64,000 nucleotides of DNA from Waterburya sp. (GCA_965217895.1 CBDCJV010000002.1:3200001-3264000); one strand, 5' to 3'; shown: positions 27,176 to 38,403, counted from the first letter of the stretch. The notes: generated by a model from the letters alone, not told the origin. Made by a program: numbers and translations.

Positions 27176-27658
27176 ATGATCCGATCCATACTTTGTCATC
27201 TTCTAGTCGGTTTACCTGGCAGTGGCAAATCAACTTTTGCTCAACAACTAAATCAACAAATTCCCAACTCGGTCATCATCTCTACTGATACTATCCGAAA
27301 GAGATTATATGGCGATGAACGAATTCAGGGAGACTGGAATCGTATTGAAGATACAGTTATTGAACAGGTTAGACTAGCCGTAACATATGAGCAAATTGCT
27401 ATTTATGATGCTACTAATGTTCGACTAGCTTGGAGAAATTCTTTTTTAGACAAAGTTAGCGATCTCAATTCCGAGTGGATCGCTTGGTGGCTTAAAACAC
27501 CAGTAAATATCTGTAAATACCGGAATAGAAGGCGATCTCGTCAAGTACCAAATGATATCATTAATGCTTACTATGATGATATTCAACAATTTCCACCGAC
27601 AGTAGAAGAAGGATTCATAGCGGTTAAAGAAATTACACCTAGAGGGTACGTGAGTTAG
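27176..27658 (+). CDS. P-loop kinase (AAA_33-like)
   Basis: GLPGSGKST, STDTIR, YDATN, RNRRR lid. Confidence 0.82.
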   Translation: MIRSILCHLLVGLPGSGKSTFAQQLNQQIPNSVIISTDTIRKRLYGDERIQGDWNRIEDTVIEQVRLAVTYEQIAIYDATNVRLAWRNSFLDKVSDLNSEWIAWWLKTPVNICKYRNRRRSRQVPNDIINAYYDDIQQFPPTVEEGFIAVKEITPRGYVS

Positions 27659-27962
27659 TCTAGTCATGATGAAAAGCCAACGCTGATAGGCAATTACATC
27701 AAGATTTAAAAATAGATCGGCTTGATACTCAAGCTTTAACCACAAATTACCAAAAGTCTCTTGAGAGCGATGCCTTCGGCTAGCTTCGCGCGATCGCCGT
27801 CGGGAATTTTAAGTATGACAAAAACTAAACATCAATAAGAGTCAAGAGTCAATTGGCTTGATGCAGTCAGGAGTATCATTTTTAGGACTGTTAACCTCCT
27901 TGCTCACTGGATATAGTTCTAAATCTACTTCAGGCAAAGCATCAAGTAATTGTTTTCTGTCT

Positions 27963-28008
27963 AGCGAGACTTGCCCTTGCGCCCTTCGGCGACGCGGGCT
28001 TCCTCGCT
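27963..28008. repeat. small GC-rich dispersed palindromic repeat
   Basis: AGCGAG...CTCGCT arms with the same core as 6621-6660. Confidence 0.65.
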
Positions 28009-28114
28009 CTAATTCACCAAGCATTGACCATCCCTGAATATGTGACTTAAGTTTAATTCAACAGTATGTTAGTGATTTTTCTCTTCATCTACAATGGTCG
28101 AATAAAAGGGGAAT

Positions 28115-29080
28115 GTGTTTAGTCGAGTCATGGAGATTAAATCTTGTCAGCTACCGCCCTTACTTAAGCCTGGAGATTTAGTTGTGGCGATCGCGCCTTC
28201 TGGTGCGCTAAAAACAACCGATGCTTTGACCAAAGGCATCGAAATCTGGCAACAGCGCGGTTATCGAGTAGAATTAGGCAGCAATTATCAATCTTATTAT
28301 GGTTATTTAGCAGGAAGCGATCGCCATCGCCGAGAAGATCTAAAAGCAGCTTGGCATAATCCTGAATGTAAAGCCATCTTGTGTATTAGAGGTGGCTATG
28401 GCGGAGCAAGATTATTAGAAGACTGGAGTTGGCAACAACAAGGCTCAAACTCATCTCTTATCCCAGATCCTAAGTGGCTTATCGGCTTTTCTGACGTTAC
28501 CAGCCTATTATGGAGTTTAGCAACGGTAGATATTTCTGGTCTTCATGCTCCAGTATTGACGAGTTTGGCAACCGAACCAGAATGGGCGATATCTAGGATG
28601 TTTAATTATCTAGAAACAGGTCAGCTTGATGCGTTGCAGGGCAAAGGATATAAAAAAGGCAAGGCTTTGGGCAGATTGCTGCCAGCAAATTTAACCGTAG
28701 CCACCCATCTACTTCAAACGCCTCTTCAGCCAGACTTTACTGGGGCTATTTTAGCCTTTGAAGATGTTACCGAGTATCCCTATCGTATTGATAGAATGTT
28801 AACCCAATGGCGCATGATGGGAGTGCTGAAGAAAATTGGTGGCATTGCTTTAGGTCGCTTTAGCCGTTGTGAACCTTATCCAGGGGCTACTAGCTGGACG
28901 GTTGAAGAAGTATTGCGCGATCGCCTGGGAGACTTAAATATTCCTTTGATTTATGATTTGCCTTTTGGACACGATGGGGTAAATGCAGCTTTGCCAGTAG
29001 GACAACCTGTGGAGTTAAACGGTGACACGGGTGTCTTAAGCTGGAAGCTAAACTCTGCCAAAAATTCCGACACCGAATAA
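28115..29080 (+). CDS. LD-carboxypeptidase (S66 peptidase)
   Basis: RGGYG, GFSDVT, FEDVTEYPYRIDRML, PFGHD. Confidence 0.9.
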   Translation: MFSRVMEIKSCQLPPLLKPGDLVVAIAPSGALKTTDALTKGIEIWQQRGYRVELGSNYQSYYGYLAGSDRHRREDLKAAWHNPECKAILCIRGGYGGARLLEDWSWQQQGSNSSLIPDPKWLIGFSDVTSLLWSLATVDISGLHAPVLTSLATEPEWAISRMFNYLETGQLDALQGKGYKKGKALGRLLPANLTVATHLLQTPLQPDFTGAILAFEDVTEYPYRIDRMLTQWRMMGVLKKIGGIALGRFSRCEPYPGATSWTVEEVLRDRLGDLNIPLIYDLPFGHDGVNAALPVGQPVELNGDTGVLSWKLNSAKNSDTE

Positions 29081-29126
29081 AGAATAAACAAACTAATATA
29101 TAACAGAACTCAAAGGAGAATTTATC

Positions 29127-29354
29127 TTGTCTCACACTATAGTCACAGAAACTTGCGAAGGAGTTGCTGATTGCGTTGATGCTTGTCCTGTTGCCTGTAT
29201 CCATGATGGTCCTGGCAAAAATAGCCAAGGAACAAACTGGTATTGGATCGATTTTGCCACCTGTATCGACTGTGGTATCTGTTTACAAGTCTGTCCCGTT
29301 GAGGGTGCAATACTGCCTGAAGAACGACCAGAACTCCAAAAAACACCGCAGTAG
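29127..29354 (+). CDS. bacterial-type 4Fe-4S dicluster ferredoxin
   Basis: CEGVADCVDACP and CIDCGICLQVCP; AAGGAG RBS before TTG. Confidence 0.9.
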   Translation: MSHTIVTETCEGVADCVDACPVACIHDGPGKNSQGTNWYWIDFATCIDCGICLQVCPVEGAILPEERPELQKTPQ

Positions 29355-29629
29355 AGAATGAGGAAGCAAAAAATAGAATAATAGGGATGACTGTGATTTG
29401 CTGAGTGCATTAAAGCAATTTGCGCTGCTCTTAATTTGTAGCTTTTGGTATCAAAGGCTACTTAAATCAGGACAGATAGCAGATAATCTTATTTATATCT
29501 GTCCGCAAAGTTTTGGTGTATGGCAGGAATTTAGCTAGATAAAAAGCGCATACTTTTTATCTTTTGTTTCCTGAATCAACCACTACTGGGGATAGGTCAA
29601 CTTATACTCAGTAAAAGGCATAATTCCTA

Positions 29630-30622
29630 ATGGTAGCGATGGGTGTTTTTCCAGCTATCTACTCTACTCTTTCTCCTGAAGCTTTGATAGAGGAAGTGCT
29701 AGCTAGATATGAGTTAGGAGCGGTCGATCGGTGTTTATTTTGGAATCGTGGTTTAAGCGACATCTATCTAATAGACGCGAGAAATCAATCCTATATCCTC
29801 AAAATTTCTCACCATCATTGGCGTTCTCAGTCGGAAATTCAATTTGAGCTTGAGTTTCTTGATTTTCTCCACGAGCATAAAATTCCTGTTGCCAATCCTT
29901 TAAAGACTACAGATGACAAGCTCTTCGTCACTGTTCATGCCGTTGAAGGCGATCGCTATGCTGCTCTTTTTCCCTACGCTCCAGGAGAAGTGCCTCAAGG
30001 AGATCTAAATTTAGATCAGAGTAAAATTTTAGGTCAAACTTTAGGCAAAATACATCAAACATCTTTACACTTTCATAACTCAACCCCTCGTAAGCCTCTA
30101 GATATTGACTACTTGCTAGATGATTCACTAGCTGTAATAAGTCCTTATTTACGTCACAGAGTAAGCGATTTGCATTACTTAAATAAGGCGATATATGAAA
30201 TTAAGCAAAAGTTAACTTGTCTTGAACAAGTGCCACCTCTTTGGAGCGTTTGCTGGGGCGATCCTCATAGTGGCAACGTTCATTTTACTGCGGACAATCA
30301 GATAACTCTATTTGATTTCGATCAGTGTGGTTATGGGTGGCGAATTTTCGATCTGGCTAAATTTTTACAAGTTTCTCTAAATGCGGGCATCAATTGTCAG
30401 GTAAGAGATGCCTTTTTTCAAGGATACCAGTCAGTGCAAGAGCTTACTGAGGCAGAAATGCTGTCTTTGCAAGCTTTGACTCAAATGGCTCATATATGGA
30501 ACTGGGCAATCAGTATTAATGCTGCTGCAATTCACAATTGGTCTAAACTAGATGATTTTTATACGAATAAACGTCTGAATCAGCTAAAAAGATTAGGTAG
30601 TGGCGAATGGCAATTATTCTAA
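29630..30622 (+). CDS. aminoglycoside-phosphotransferase / type II homoserine kinase-like protein
   Basis: WGDPHSGNVHF, LFDFDQCG. Confidence 0.82.
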   Translation: MVAMGVFPAIYSTLSPEALIEEVLARYELGAVDRCLFWNRGLSDIYLIDARNQSYILKISHHHWRSQSEIQFELEFLDFLHEHKIPVANPLKTTDDKLFVTVHAVEGDRYAALFPYAPGEVPQGDLNLDQSKILGQTLGKIHQTSLHFHNSTPRKPLDIDYLLDDSLAVISPYLRHRVSDLHYLNKAIYEIKQKLTCLEQVPPLWSVCWGDPHSGNVHFTADNQITLFDFDQCGYGWRIFDLAKFLQVSLNAGINCQVRDAFFQGYQSVQELTEAEMLSLQALTQMAHIWNWAISINAAAIHNWSKLDDFYTNKRLNQLKRLGSGEWQLF

Positions 30623-31031
30623 GATAGTTAGTTGTCGATCTTTAGCTTTGGGGTTGCCCTGATAATTAATAGCTAAAGGATTGATTTATCAAAAAGCTTT
30701 TAGCTTTTAGCCTTTAGCTTTTAGTTTTGGTTTAACTGATAAAAGCGTTATTGAGTATAAGACTCCAACCTATACGGTTGTCTTCAATTAGGTAGAGTCC
30801 AAGACTCTATTTAATTGAGCTAAGAGCTAATAGCTGGGCGAAGCCCGTTTATTTTGTAATTTAGCAGAGCTGTTTGAATATAAAGTTTAGCTGTTTGCGG
30901 TTTAATTCAGCTAATCTAGTAAAATATTCTACTTAAAATACTTTTTAGATTAAAGTATTAACCAACCGTTACAGTAAATTTCTTCGTTTGGACGACGAAG
31001 AAATTTGTGAGCGAAAACTAACTCAAAACAA

Positions 31032-31628
31032 ATGAATCCACATTTTACAGAAGCTTCTTCTTTGGCAGCTATCGATCGCCAAGTTAACGGTAATAACCAA
31101 AATATTTCACCTGCCCAATATGAAATAATTCGTCAGGTTATTTACCATACTGCTGATTTTGAGTATATTTCCTTATTGAAGTTTTCTGAAGATGCACTAT
31201 CAAAAGGGGCAGCATCATTAAAAGTATCTACTCCAATTGTGGTGGATGTTCCAGAAATTCAGGTTAGTATCGTTCCTAAGCTCAAGAAAACTTTTTATAA
31301 TCCTGTTTATTGCTGTGCCACTACCAACAGCAAAATCGCTTCTGGATTAGAAACACTAGCAAAACAACATCCCAAGGGTATTTTTATCATCGGACAAAGT
31401 GAAATTGCTTTGACAACCTTAATAAATTTGATCGAGAGTAAAACAATTAATCCTAGTTTAGCGATCGCAACTGCACCGATATTTATTAAACCAGAGCGGA
31501 AAAAGTTCTCAGGTTCATCTTTTCCTCGTATTTATGTTGATAATTATAAAGGTGATGCTACAGTAGCTTCGGCAATTTTAAATAGCTTAGTCGATCTGAC
31601 TTGGCGGGCATACGGTCAAAATAAGTAA
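31032..31628 (+). CDS. precorrin-8X methylmutase-like protein (CobH/CbiC family)
   Basis: IIRQVIYHTADFEY, PIVVDV, KGDATVASAILNSL. Confidence 0.7.
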   Translation: MNPHFTEASSLAAIDRQVNGNNQNISPAQYEIIRQVIYHTADFEYISLLKFSEDALSKGAASLKVSTPIVVDVPEIQVSIVPKLKKTFYNPVYCCATTNSKIASGLETLAKQHPKGIFIIGQSEIALTTLINLIESKTINPSLAIATAPIFIKPERKKFSGSSFPRIYVDNYKGDATVASAILNSLVDLTWRAYGQNK

Positions 31629-31654
31629 TAAGTAATAAGTAATAAGTAATGAGT
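31620..31654. repeat. heptamer tandem repeat (AATAAGT)n
   Basis: about 5 units between convergent genes. Confidence 0.8.
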
Positions 31655-31661
31655 ATTTATT

Positions 31662-32363
31662 TTAGCGATCGCGACGTTTAATATTGCGGCTGCGGTTTCT
31701 TTTATCTACTCTTCTAGGGGTTACACCGCCTAACTGACGGCTAACCTCAGTAAAAACATCTCTTTGGATATAAGGATATTGTCCTACCCAAAGATTTTGT
31801 CTGGGAATATAGGCATCAGAAATCTTATTGATACGTCCTAAATCTGGCTGATTGGACAGCACTAATAACTCAACGGTTTCTCCAGGTTTTATGCTTTTAT
31901 AAATCCGCTGTAAAGGTGCTTGAACTGTGACTTCAAACCCTGTTTTATCTCCCAGGATCAGATTTATCCAGCGTTCGCGATTTTCAATAATTACTAGTTC
32001 ACCTCTTTGGTTAACTGTTTCCTCTTCACCAATTAATTCCTCCGTCAAAAAAATATCCAGAACTTTACCACGCCAGAAACCAGCGTATTTGAAGCGTCGA
32101 TTGGCAGAATTACGCAAACTTGCCTGATATACGGGACACCATAACCAATATAGAGAAGCAGCACCACCCAATAGCAAAATCAAGGCTTGTCCCTGATCTC
32201 CCAGTAGCAAGCCTAAAATCAAAACTACAACTATTGCCACCACCGAAATTAGCAGCCGATTTAAGACATCTGACCATTTACCCCAATAATATTTGTATTG
32301 TTCTCCTGTAGCAATCAAGGGAATTAACTGTTCCATTTTTTCCCTGGTTATGGGCTTAAGCAT
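31662..32363 (-). CDS. conserved cyanobacterial membrane protein
   Basis: intact 233-aa ORF, two N-terminal TM helices, downstream of dapB. Confidence 0.7.
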   Translation of the reverse strand: MLKPITREKMEQLIPLIATGEQYKYYWGKWSDVLNRLLISVVAIVVVLILGLLLGDQGQALILLLGGAASLYWLWCPVYQASLRNSANRRFKYAGFWRGKVLDIFLTEELIGEEETVNQRGELVIIENRERWINLILGDKTGFEVTVQAPLQRIYKSIKPGETVELLVLSNQPDLGRINKISDAYIPRQNLWVGQYPYIQRDVFTEVSRQLGGVTPRRVDKRNRSRNIKRRDR

Positions 32364-32393
32364 AAGGAATTTTTAACTAGATCTAAATCAACG

Positions 32394-33221
32394 CTACACT
32401 ATTTTTTCTAAACCATATACCAAAGAAGCCAGTTCAGTCACCTTGCGAATTGCCAGTAACACCCCTGGCATATAGCAAGAGCGATCGCTGGTATCATGAC
32501 GTAGAGTATAAAGTTCACCAGGCGAACCAAATAATACCTCTTGATGGGCAATCAACCCAGGCAAACGAATACTATGAATGGGAATATTGCCGTCTGCTGT
32601 GCCACCTCTAGCACCAGCCATCGTCTCTTTCGATTCAACTTTGGGCGGATTGTAAGCTTTGCCCATTTCCCCTATCATTTGAGCGGTTTTGATAGCTGTA
32701 CCACTAGGGGCATCGGCTTTGCGATCGTGATGCAGTTCAATAATTTCTACGTGGTTAAAATATTTAGAAGCGGTAATGGCTGCTTGCTGAAGCAGCACCA
32801 TGCCAATGGAAAAATTAGGAATAATTAGTGTGCCTGTACTAGCTTTGTCGGCGAATTCGGTGAGATCTTGTAATTGTTTGTCCGTTAAACCTGTAGTTCC
32901 CACAACTGGACGAACTCCATAGGCGATCGCGCTGCGAGTATTTTCATAGACACTATCAGGGTGGGTAAAATCTACCATTACCCCCTGTACTTTTTCTTGA
33001 GTGGCTAAGACCAAAACACTCTGCAAATCATTCAAAACAGGAACTTCTAACGCACCGACACCAATGATTTCTCCTATATCTTGACCTAAACAATCAGGAT
33101 TAAGATCTACTGCGCCGACTAACATCATGTCCTCAGCCTGAGATACAGCTTTGATTACCTCTCTGCCCATTTGACCCAAAGCACCATTAACAACTACGGG
33201 AATCGGCGATTTATCTGTCAT
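32394..33221 (-). CDS. dapB: 4-hydroxy-tetrahydrodipicolinate reductase
   Basis: [35 protein letters not shown]. Confidence 0.96.
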   Translation of the reverse strand: MTDKSPIPVVVNGALGQMGREVIKAVSQAEDMMLVGAVDLNPDCLGQDIGEIIGVGALEVPVLNDLQSVLVLATQEKVQGVMVDFTHPDSVYENTRSAIAYGVRPVVGTTGLTDKQLQDLTEFADKASTGTLIIPNFSIGMVLLQQAAITASKYFNHVEIIELHHDRKADAPSGTAIKTAQMIGEMGKAYNPPKVESKETMAGARGGTADGNIPIHSIRLPGLIAHQEVLFGSPGELYTLRHDTSDRSCYMPGVLLAIRKVTELASLVYGLEKIV

Positions 33222-33439
33222 TTGTATTTATTTTTAGCAAAAGTCCTCAGAAAAATAATTTTAGATCAAATCGGCTAAAGCCGACCAATACTTTAAAACT
33301 AGTTCCTGCATTGACTAAAAATCAAAAAATAATAAAGTCGTTTTATAGCGTTTTTTAGTTGAGTAAAACCTAATCTCAGATAAACTAATTAAAAAAATAA
33401 GCATCGAGATAATTGACGGCTGATGTAGATGAAACTAGC

Positions 33440-34168
33440 CTATTGAGTCAGTTTCATACTCGTTTGCAATTTTTTTGCCTCTTGATAATAAGCAGAATTT
33501 CTTGATAGTAAGGCTGCTGCTGCTGCTGCCTGTTTTAAATTTCCGCTAGCAGCTCGACGATTAGCAATAAGATATATTTGCTCGTTCCATTGCTTAATAA
33601 GATCTTGAGCTTCTGAATATTGCTCGACTCCTGAGTTTATTTTCTGTAATATACCAATCGCTCTATTGTAGGATGAGGCTTGCCCAGGTTTGATGCTTGC
33701 TTTTGCTTGAGCCAAATAATTTTGGTATAGATTCTGTTTTCGCGCTCTTGATTGCCATATTTGAACTGCTTCAGTTGCTTTTTGAGCAATCAATTTAGTC
33801 GAAGAATCATTTTGAGGCGTAAGTTTAGCAGCAGCGATCGCACCTGACAAATCTCCTTCACTAGCTCTTCCATAAGCAATATCCAAAATCACTTTACTCC
33901 AACGAGCAATGTCAGCTTGCGCCTGTTGAAAAAAAGGAGAATCTGGTTGAATTTCTTTAGCTTGGTTAATTGCTCGATTGAAAGTGGAAGCTTGATTGTT
34001 TTTGAGATATATTCTATTTGAATCAGGCAAATAATCTACTTGCTGAGAATTCAAATCGGTATAAATTTTAGGATTTTGGTCATTTAAGTAATCTAATGAT
34101 TGAGTGACAGCGATTACGCCCACTGCACCTATACCTACACCCGTTAAAATATTAATTAGTTTACTCAT
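33440..34168 (-). CDS. hypothetical alpha-helical repeat protein with N-terminal anchor
   Basis: internal duplication (ASTFNRAI / ASSYNRAI). Confidence 0.65.
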   Translation of the reverse strand: MSKLINILTGVGIGAVGVIAVTQSLDYLNDQNPKIYTDLNSQQVDYLPDSNRIYLKNNQASTFNRAINQAKEIQPDSPFFQQAQADIARWSKVILDIAYGRASEGDLSGAIAAAKLTPQNDSSTKLIAQKATEAVQIWQSRARKQNLYQNYLAQAKASIKPGQASSYNRAIGILQKINSGVEQYSEAQDLIKQWNEQIYLIANRRAASGNLKQAAAAAALLSRNSAYYQEAKKLQTSMKLTQ

Positions 34169-34538
34169 GCAATTACTTAAATAATTAAATATTCCTCTCT
34201 AAAATAAATAACAAGTTGAGAATTTTTAGATCCAAATTTCTAAAATTAAATATCCAAAGAAGACTTGAAAGTTGTTCATTACTGTTTTTGATGATGTCAC
34301 TCGTAACAGCACTGTTCATCGTTCAAAATCATACGAGTTGATTTAATTTTGCTTTTATCTTATAACCTTTCCCTTAACCTCGTATATCTCTGCTGCTGCT
34401 TAACTTGCTTAACAGCGATCGCAATAGCTCTTTGTGAGCCGACAATCAACGCCAGCTCCTTAGCTCTAGTTAACGAAAGTGTAAACAAATTGCGACTCAG
34501 CATAATGTATTGCTGTATTTAAGTTTGAGATAATTAAT

Positions 34539-34934
34539 TTATGCGAGCGAATCAATTAACTTTGACACTCGTTGCTCGATTTCGTTCCTGACGCGCTGAA
34601 AAGTCTCTATGGGTCGTCCATCAGGATCGTCCAAACCCCAATCTTCAAATACTTCTTGCTTAACCCACTCAGGAGGTAAAGTTGTACCACAGCCACACAT
34701 AGAAATTACCGCATCGTAGTTATCAGCATCAAAGTCATTTAAAGAATCAGAAGTCTGGTTACTAATGTCTATACCAACTTCAGACATCACTTTAATAGCA
34801 GTGGGATGAACACGGCTGGCTTCTAAACTCGAAGAAGCAACTTCTACTTTTCCCTTACCTAAAGTTCTAGCAAATCCTTCCGCCATCTGCGATCTACAGG
34901 AATTATGACGACAGACAAACATTATTTTTTTCAT
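34539..34934 (-). CDS. arsC: arsenate reductase (cyanobacterial LMWP-fold type)
   Basis: CRHNSCRSQMAEG P-loop, CGC, WGLDDPDG. Confidence 0.92.
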   Translation of the reverse strand: MKKIMFVCRHNSCRSQMAEGFARTLGKGKVEVASSSLEASRVHPTAIKVMSEVGIDISNQTSDSLNDFDADNYDAVISMCGCGTTLPPEWVKQEVFEDWGLDDPDGRPIETFQRVRNEIEQRVSKLIDSLA

Positions 34935-34950
34935 TGATTTTAGTTGTTAT

Positions 34951-35450
34951 TTATTTATTAATAGCTTTTGCTTTTCTTTCGCTGTGGCGATCGCTAAGGT
35001 AATCAACCCGATCCCGTAATAAGAGAGTAAACTTATAGAGTTCTTCCATTACGAAATTCTTAAAGTATTGACTGCATTAAAAGACTGTGAACCTCCGCTA
35101 ACCTGTATCACAGCTAAAGTTTTTCCTTGAGTTGGACGAACCGAACCGATATTTAAAGGTATCCAATCAATTTGATTTTTCAAAATTCCTGTAATGTTAC
35201 CGTGCATTTCAGGAGAAGACCAAACCTGACCCTCAGACCAAAGACTTAGACCTCGCAATTCCTGAACTTTTGGGTGAGTTTCATCTACCTGCCCTCTTAA
35301 GGGAAGTTCACGGGGATCGTAAAATTTCACTTCTGCGCCCATGTCAGCAATAATTCTGGCTGCTTCTTCTGCTACCAAACGGCTATAGGAGCGTTCTCGC
35401 AGTGAGCCATATAAAAATAATATTCTCGGTGGATGATTAAAATCTGACAT
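34951..35450 (-). pseudogene. arsH: arsenical resistance protein ArsH, internal deletion with frameshift
   Basis: [25 protein letters not shown] then a stop; the C-terminal [26 protein letters not shown] follows at once in another frame, middle segment missing. Confidence 0.85.
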
Positions 35451-35457
35451 TTGCTTG

Positions 35458-36597
35458 CTACTTACAACATCTAGGATCTAACAAAGTTGCTTTTTCTGGC
35501 TCTCTAGGAAACCAAGAGGCAGTTTTTTTGCAAAACTCAACCAGCATCAGCATTACAGGAACTTCAATCAATACGCCGACAACGGTTGCTAAGGCTGCGC
35601 CTGAATTTAAGCCAAACAAAATTATGGCAGTAGCGATCGCAACTTCAAAATGATTACTCGCACCAATTAAGGCAGCAGGGGCAGCATCTTCGTAAGTTAA
35701 GCCTAGTTTTAGGGCTGCCACATAAGTAATGAAAAAGATAAAGGTAGTTTGTAAAAACAAAGGAATGGCAATCAACAGTATATGCAAAGGGTTATTAGAA
35801 ATTAGCTCTCCTTTGAAGGCAAAGAGTAACACCAAAGTAATCAACATAGCTGCGATCGCTACTGGGGAAAGATACTCTAAAAACTGCGTCTCAAACCACT
35901 TTCTGCCCTTGTATTTAAAAATTAGATAACGGCTCAAGATTCCTGCAATTAGAGGCAGTCCAACATAAATTAGCACTGATAAAACAATAGTCTGCCAGGG
36001 AACAGTTAAATGATTTGCTGACAGTAGCCATTTACCCAAAGGTGCATAAAGAAACAACATTGCCAAAGAGTTTACCGCCACCATCACTAAAGTGTGTCCC
36101 TGATTGCTATAAGAAAGATAGCCCCACATCAACACCATCGCCGTACAAGGAGCAATTCCTAGTAAGATTACTCCTGCAATATAGGAATCGGCCAAAGCTA
36201 CTTCTAGCCCCCTAATAGTTTCTGTAGCACTGAGTAAAGGGCGAAATAGCCAACCAAGGAAAAATTGGGCAAAAGCGACCATGGTAAAAGGTTTAATCAG
36301 CCAGTTAATTACCAAAGTCAGAATTACGGGTTTAGGAGTCTTAGCTGCCTGCACTGCCTGGGAAAAGTCAATCTTGACCATGATGGGATACATCATGAAA
36401 AAGAGACAGATGGCAATAGGCAGAGAAACGTTATAAACGCTCAGATTATCTAAAGTCTGGGCAATACTAGGAAATAATTTGCCGAGAATAATTCCCCCCA
36501 TAATGCAGGCTATTACCCACAAGGTTAAATACTTCTCAAAAAAACTAAGCTGACTCCCTGCCCTTATGGCATTGGACTTACTTGAAGAATTACTCAT
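35458..36597 (-). CDS. acr3: ACR3 family arsenite efflux transporter
   Basis: [38 protein letters not shown]; start reassigned to ATG 36597. Confidence 0.93.
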   Translation of the reverse strand: MSNSSSKSNAIRAGSQLSFFEKYLTLWVIACIMGGIILGKLFPSIAQTLDNLSVYNVSLPIAICLFFMMYPIMVKIDFSQAVQAAKTPKPVILTLVINWLIKPFTMVAFAQFFLGWLFRPLLSATETIRGLEVALADSYIAGVILLGIAPCTAMVLMWGYLSYSNQGHTLVMVAVNSLAMLFLYAPLGKWLLSANHLTVPWQTIVLSVLIYVGLPLIAGILSRYLIFKYKGRKWFETQFLEYLSPVAIAAMLITLVLLFAFKGELISNNPLHILLIAIPLFLQTTFIFFITYVAALKLGLTYEDAAPAALIGASNHFEVAIATAIILFGLNSGAALATVVGVLIEVPVMLMLVEFCKKTASWFPREPEKATLLDPRCCK

Positions 36598-36670
36598 TAA
36601 AATAAAAATAATTTTGATTGCAATATGGCTTTGTGTCCTCATGACCAACATTTGAAAAGCCTACAATCAA

Positions 36671-36692
36671 CATATCAAAAAAAGTTGATATG
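36671..36692. promoter_or_regulatory. ArsR/SmtB-type operator ATCAA-N6-TTGAT
   Basis: perfect palindrome CATATCAA-N6-TTGATATG upstream of acr3; weaker copy at 36641-36656. Confidence 0.75.
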
Positions 36693-36793
36693 ACGGTTAA
36701 GATAAGATTAACAGTTTTAGATTATGGCGATCGCTATTCACACTAGGAAGCCACCTAGCGTAAAATTAAGATCATCCAACAAGCATTTCAATC

Positions 36794-37393
36794 ATGTTAA
36801 TTAAGGCAAATTTACCCATAAATCGCGATAAATTCAGCCAACAAGATCAGATACTAACTATTACTGGAGCAACTTGGTCGGATTACCAAAGATTTGAGTC
36901 TCAAGAATATCCAGGTTATCGAGTTTCTTATTTTAATGGAGAAATAACGGTTGTGTCCCCTGGGCGAAATCATGAAAGAATTGCTGCGGTAATTGACCGA
37001 TTAATTATTGCTTACTGTGAAAAATATAATCTTGATGATTTTCCTTTTGGACAGACAAGATTAAACCTATGGGGACAGGCAGGAAGAGAACCAGATCTTG
37101 CTTATGCTTTTAATTTCGATAAAGATTTGCCAGACTTAGTAGTGGAGGTAATTTTTAGTAGTGGTGATCTTGAAACCTTAAAATCAAGCTATAGAAATAT
37201 TGGTATTCCTGAACTATGGGTTTGGAAAGACAATAAAATTATCTTTTATGCAATTGAACAAGACGACTATGCTGTCGTTGAATCAAGTAGAACACTTACT
37301 CGCATAAAACCAGAATCCTTCGTCAAATATATTAATCGAGGAATCACAGAAAGTCCATCCTTAATCAAAAAAGATTTTTTGAAAGACATCTAA
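36794..37393 (+). CDS. Uma2 family endonuclease
   Basis: SPGRNHE, REPDLAY, PDLVVEV, GIPELWVW. Confidence 0.88.
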   Translation: MLIKANLPINRDKFSQQDQILTITGATWSDYQRFESQEYPGYRVSYFNGEITVVSPGRNHERIAAVIDRLIIAYCEKYNLDDFPFGQTRLNLWGQAGREPDLAYAFNFDKDLPDLVVEVIFSSGDLETLKSSYRNIGIPELWVWKDNKIIFYAIEQDDYAVVESSRTLTRIKPESFVKYINRGITESPSLIKKDFLKDI

Positions 37394-37407
37394 TTAGTAC
37401 TGGGCAG

Positions 37408-38403
37408 TTAAGACTCAGCTTTTGGTGCAGATTCTTGTGGTTGAGGTTCAGGAGTTTGGGACTCTTGTTTAGTTTCTTTTGCGGCTTCTTGTTTAGCTTC
37501 CTTTGGTTCTGGTTCAGGATTTTGCGCTTTTTCCCATCTTTCCTCAGCGTTTGCCATTACCTGCTCAAGTTTTTCTGTATTCTCCCCTGGATATCCTTCT
37601 AAAGCTTTAATAGAGAGAGACATCCGATTTTGCACCTCATCAATTTGCTTGATGATTACTTTGATTTCTTGTCCCACTTCAAAGACTTTATCTAAAGATT
37701 CAATCCGCGCGCCACTAATTTCTTTGATGTGTAATAAGCCTGTTGCCCCTTCGAGATCGACAAAGACACCGTAGGGCTTAATATTAACTATCCTACCTGG
37801 CATTAATGCACCTTCGATAATGTTGTTCATTGCCACAGCGCGCATTGCATCTCGCTGAGATAAAACCAGCTTTCTATTTTCTTGGTTTACTTCTAGAAAA
37901 GTAGCGGTAAGAAGTTGTCCCGTAAGTGAGTCTAAGTTATCTCGCTGTTGTAGGTGCGATCGCGGGATAAATGCCCTAAGACCCATAACTTCCCCTGTTA
38001 CACCGCCTTTATTAGCTCCTGTAACCCTTATTTGAGTTGACTTACCAGTCTCTGCCATTTCTTTGATTTCTGCCCAAGCTCGATCTAACGCCATCTGGCG
38101 AACAGAGAGAGTAACTTGTCCTTCAGAGTCTTGTTCACGAATAATCAAAAATTCTTTGGTTTCACCAACGGGTAAAACCTCTGCCAAATTATCTACAAAC
38201 CCTAAAGCAGCCTCGTTAGTAGGTACAAAGGCAGGAGACTTGCCACCAATATCAACATACGCCCCTTCCGAAGTAATTTGAACTACCGTACCCTGCACTT
38301 TTTGTCCTTTAGAAAATTCATAGTCATATTCCTGGAGAGCATTCTCAAAATCTTCCATAGAGAAAGCTTGAGCAGACTTAGGGGCAGAAGTTGAATCAGA
38401 CAT
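37408..38403 (-). CDS. 30S ribosomal protein S1-like protein (three S1 domains)
   Basis: GAYVDIGGKS, LRAFIPRSHL, YGVFVDLEGATGLLHI; start reassigned to ATG 38403. Confidence 0.88.
   Translation of the reverse strand: MSDSTSAPKSAQAFSMEDFENALQEYDYEFSKGQKVQGTVVQITSEGAYVDIGGKSPAFVPTNEAALGFVDNLAEVLPVGETKEFLIIREQDSEGQVTLSVRQMALDRAWAEIKEMAETGKSTQIRVTGANKGGVTGEVMGLRAFIPRSHLQQRDNLDSLTGQLLTATFLEVNQENRKLVLSQRDAMRAVAMNNIIEGALMPGRIVNIKPYGVFVDLEGATGLLHIKEISGARIESLDKVFEVGQEIKVIIKQIDEVQNRMSLSIKALEGYPGENTEKLEQVMANAEERWEKAQNPEPEPKEAKQEAAKETKQESQTPEPQPQESAPKAES

Noticed and set aside
36700..37407. Duplicated host-gene ends around the third uma2 gene
   Set aside because: No repeat of acr3 or S1-gene sequence was visible in its flanks, so it does not support the bracketed-module pattern
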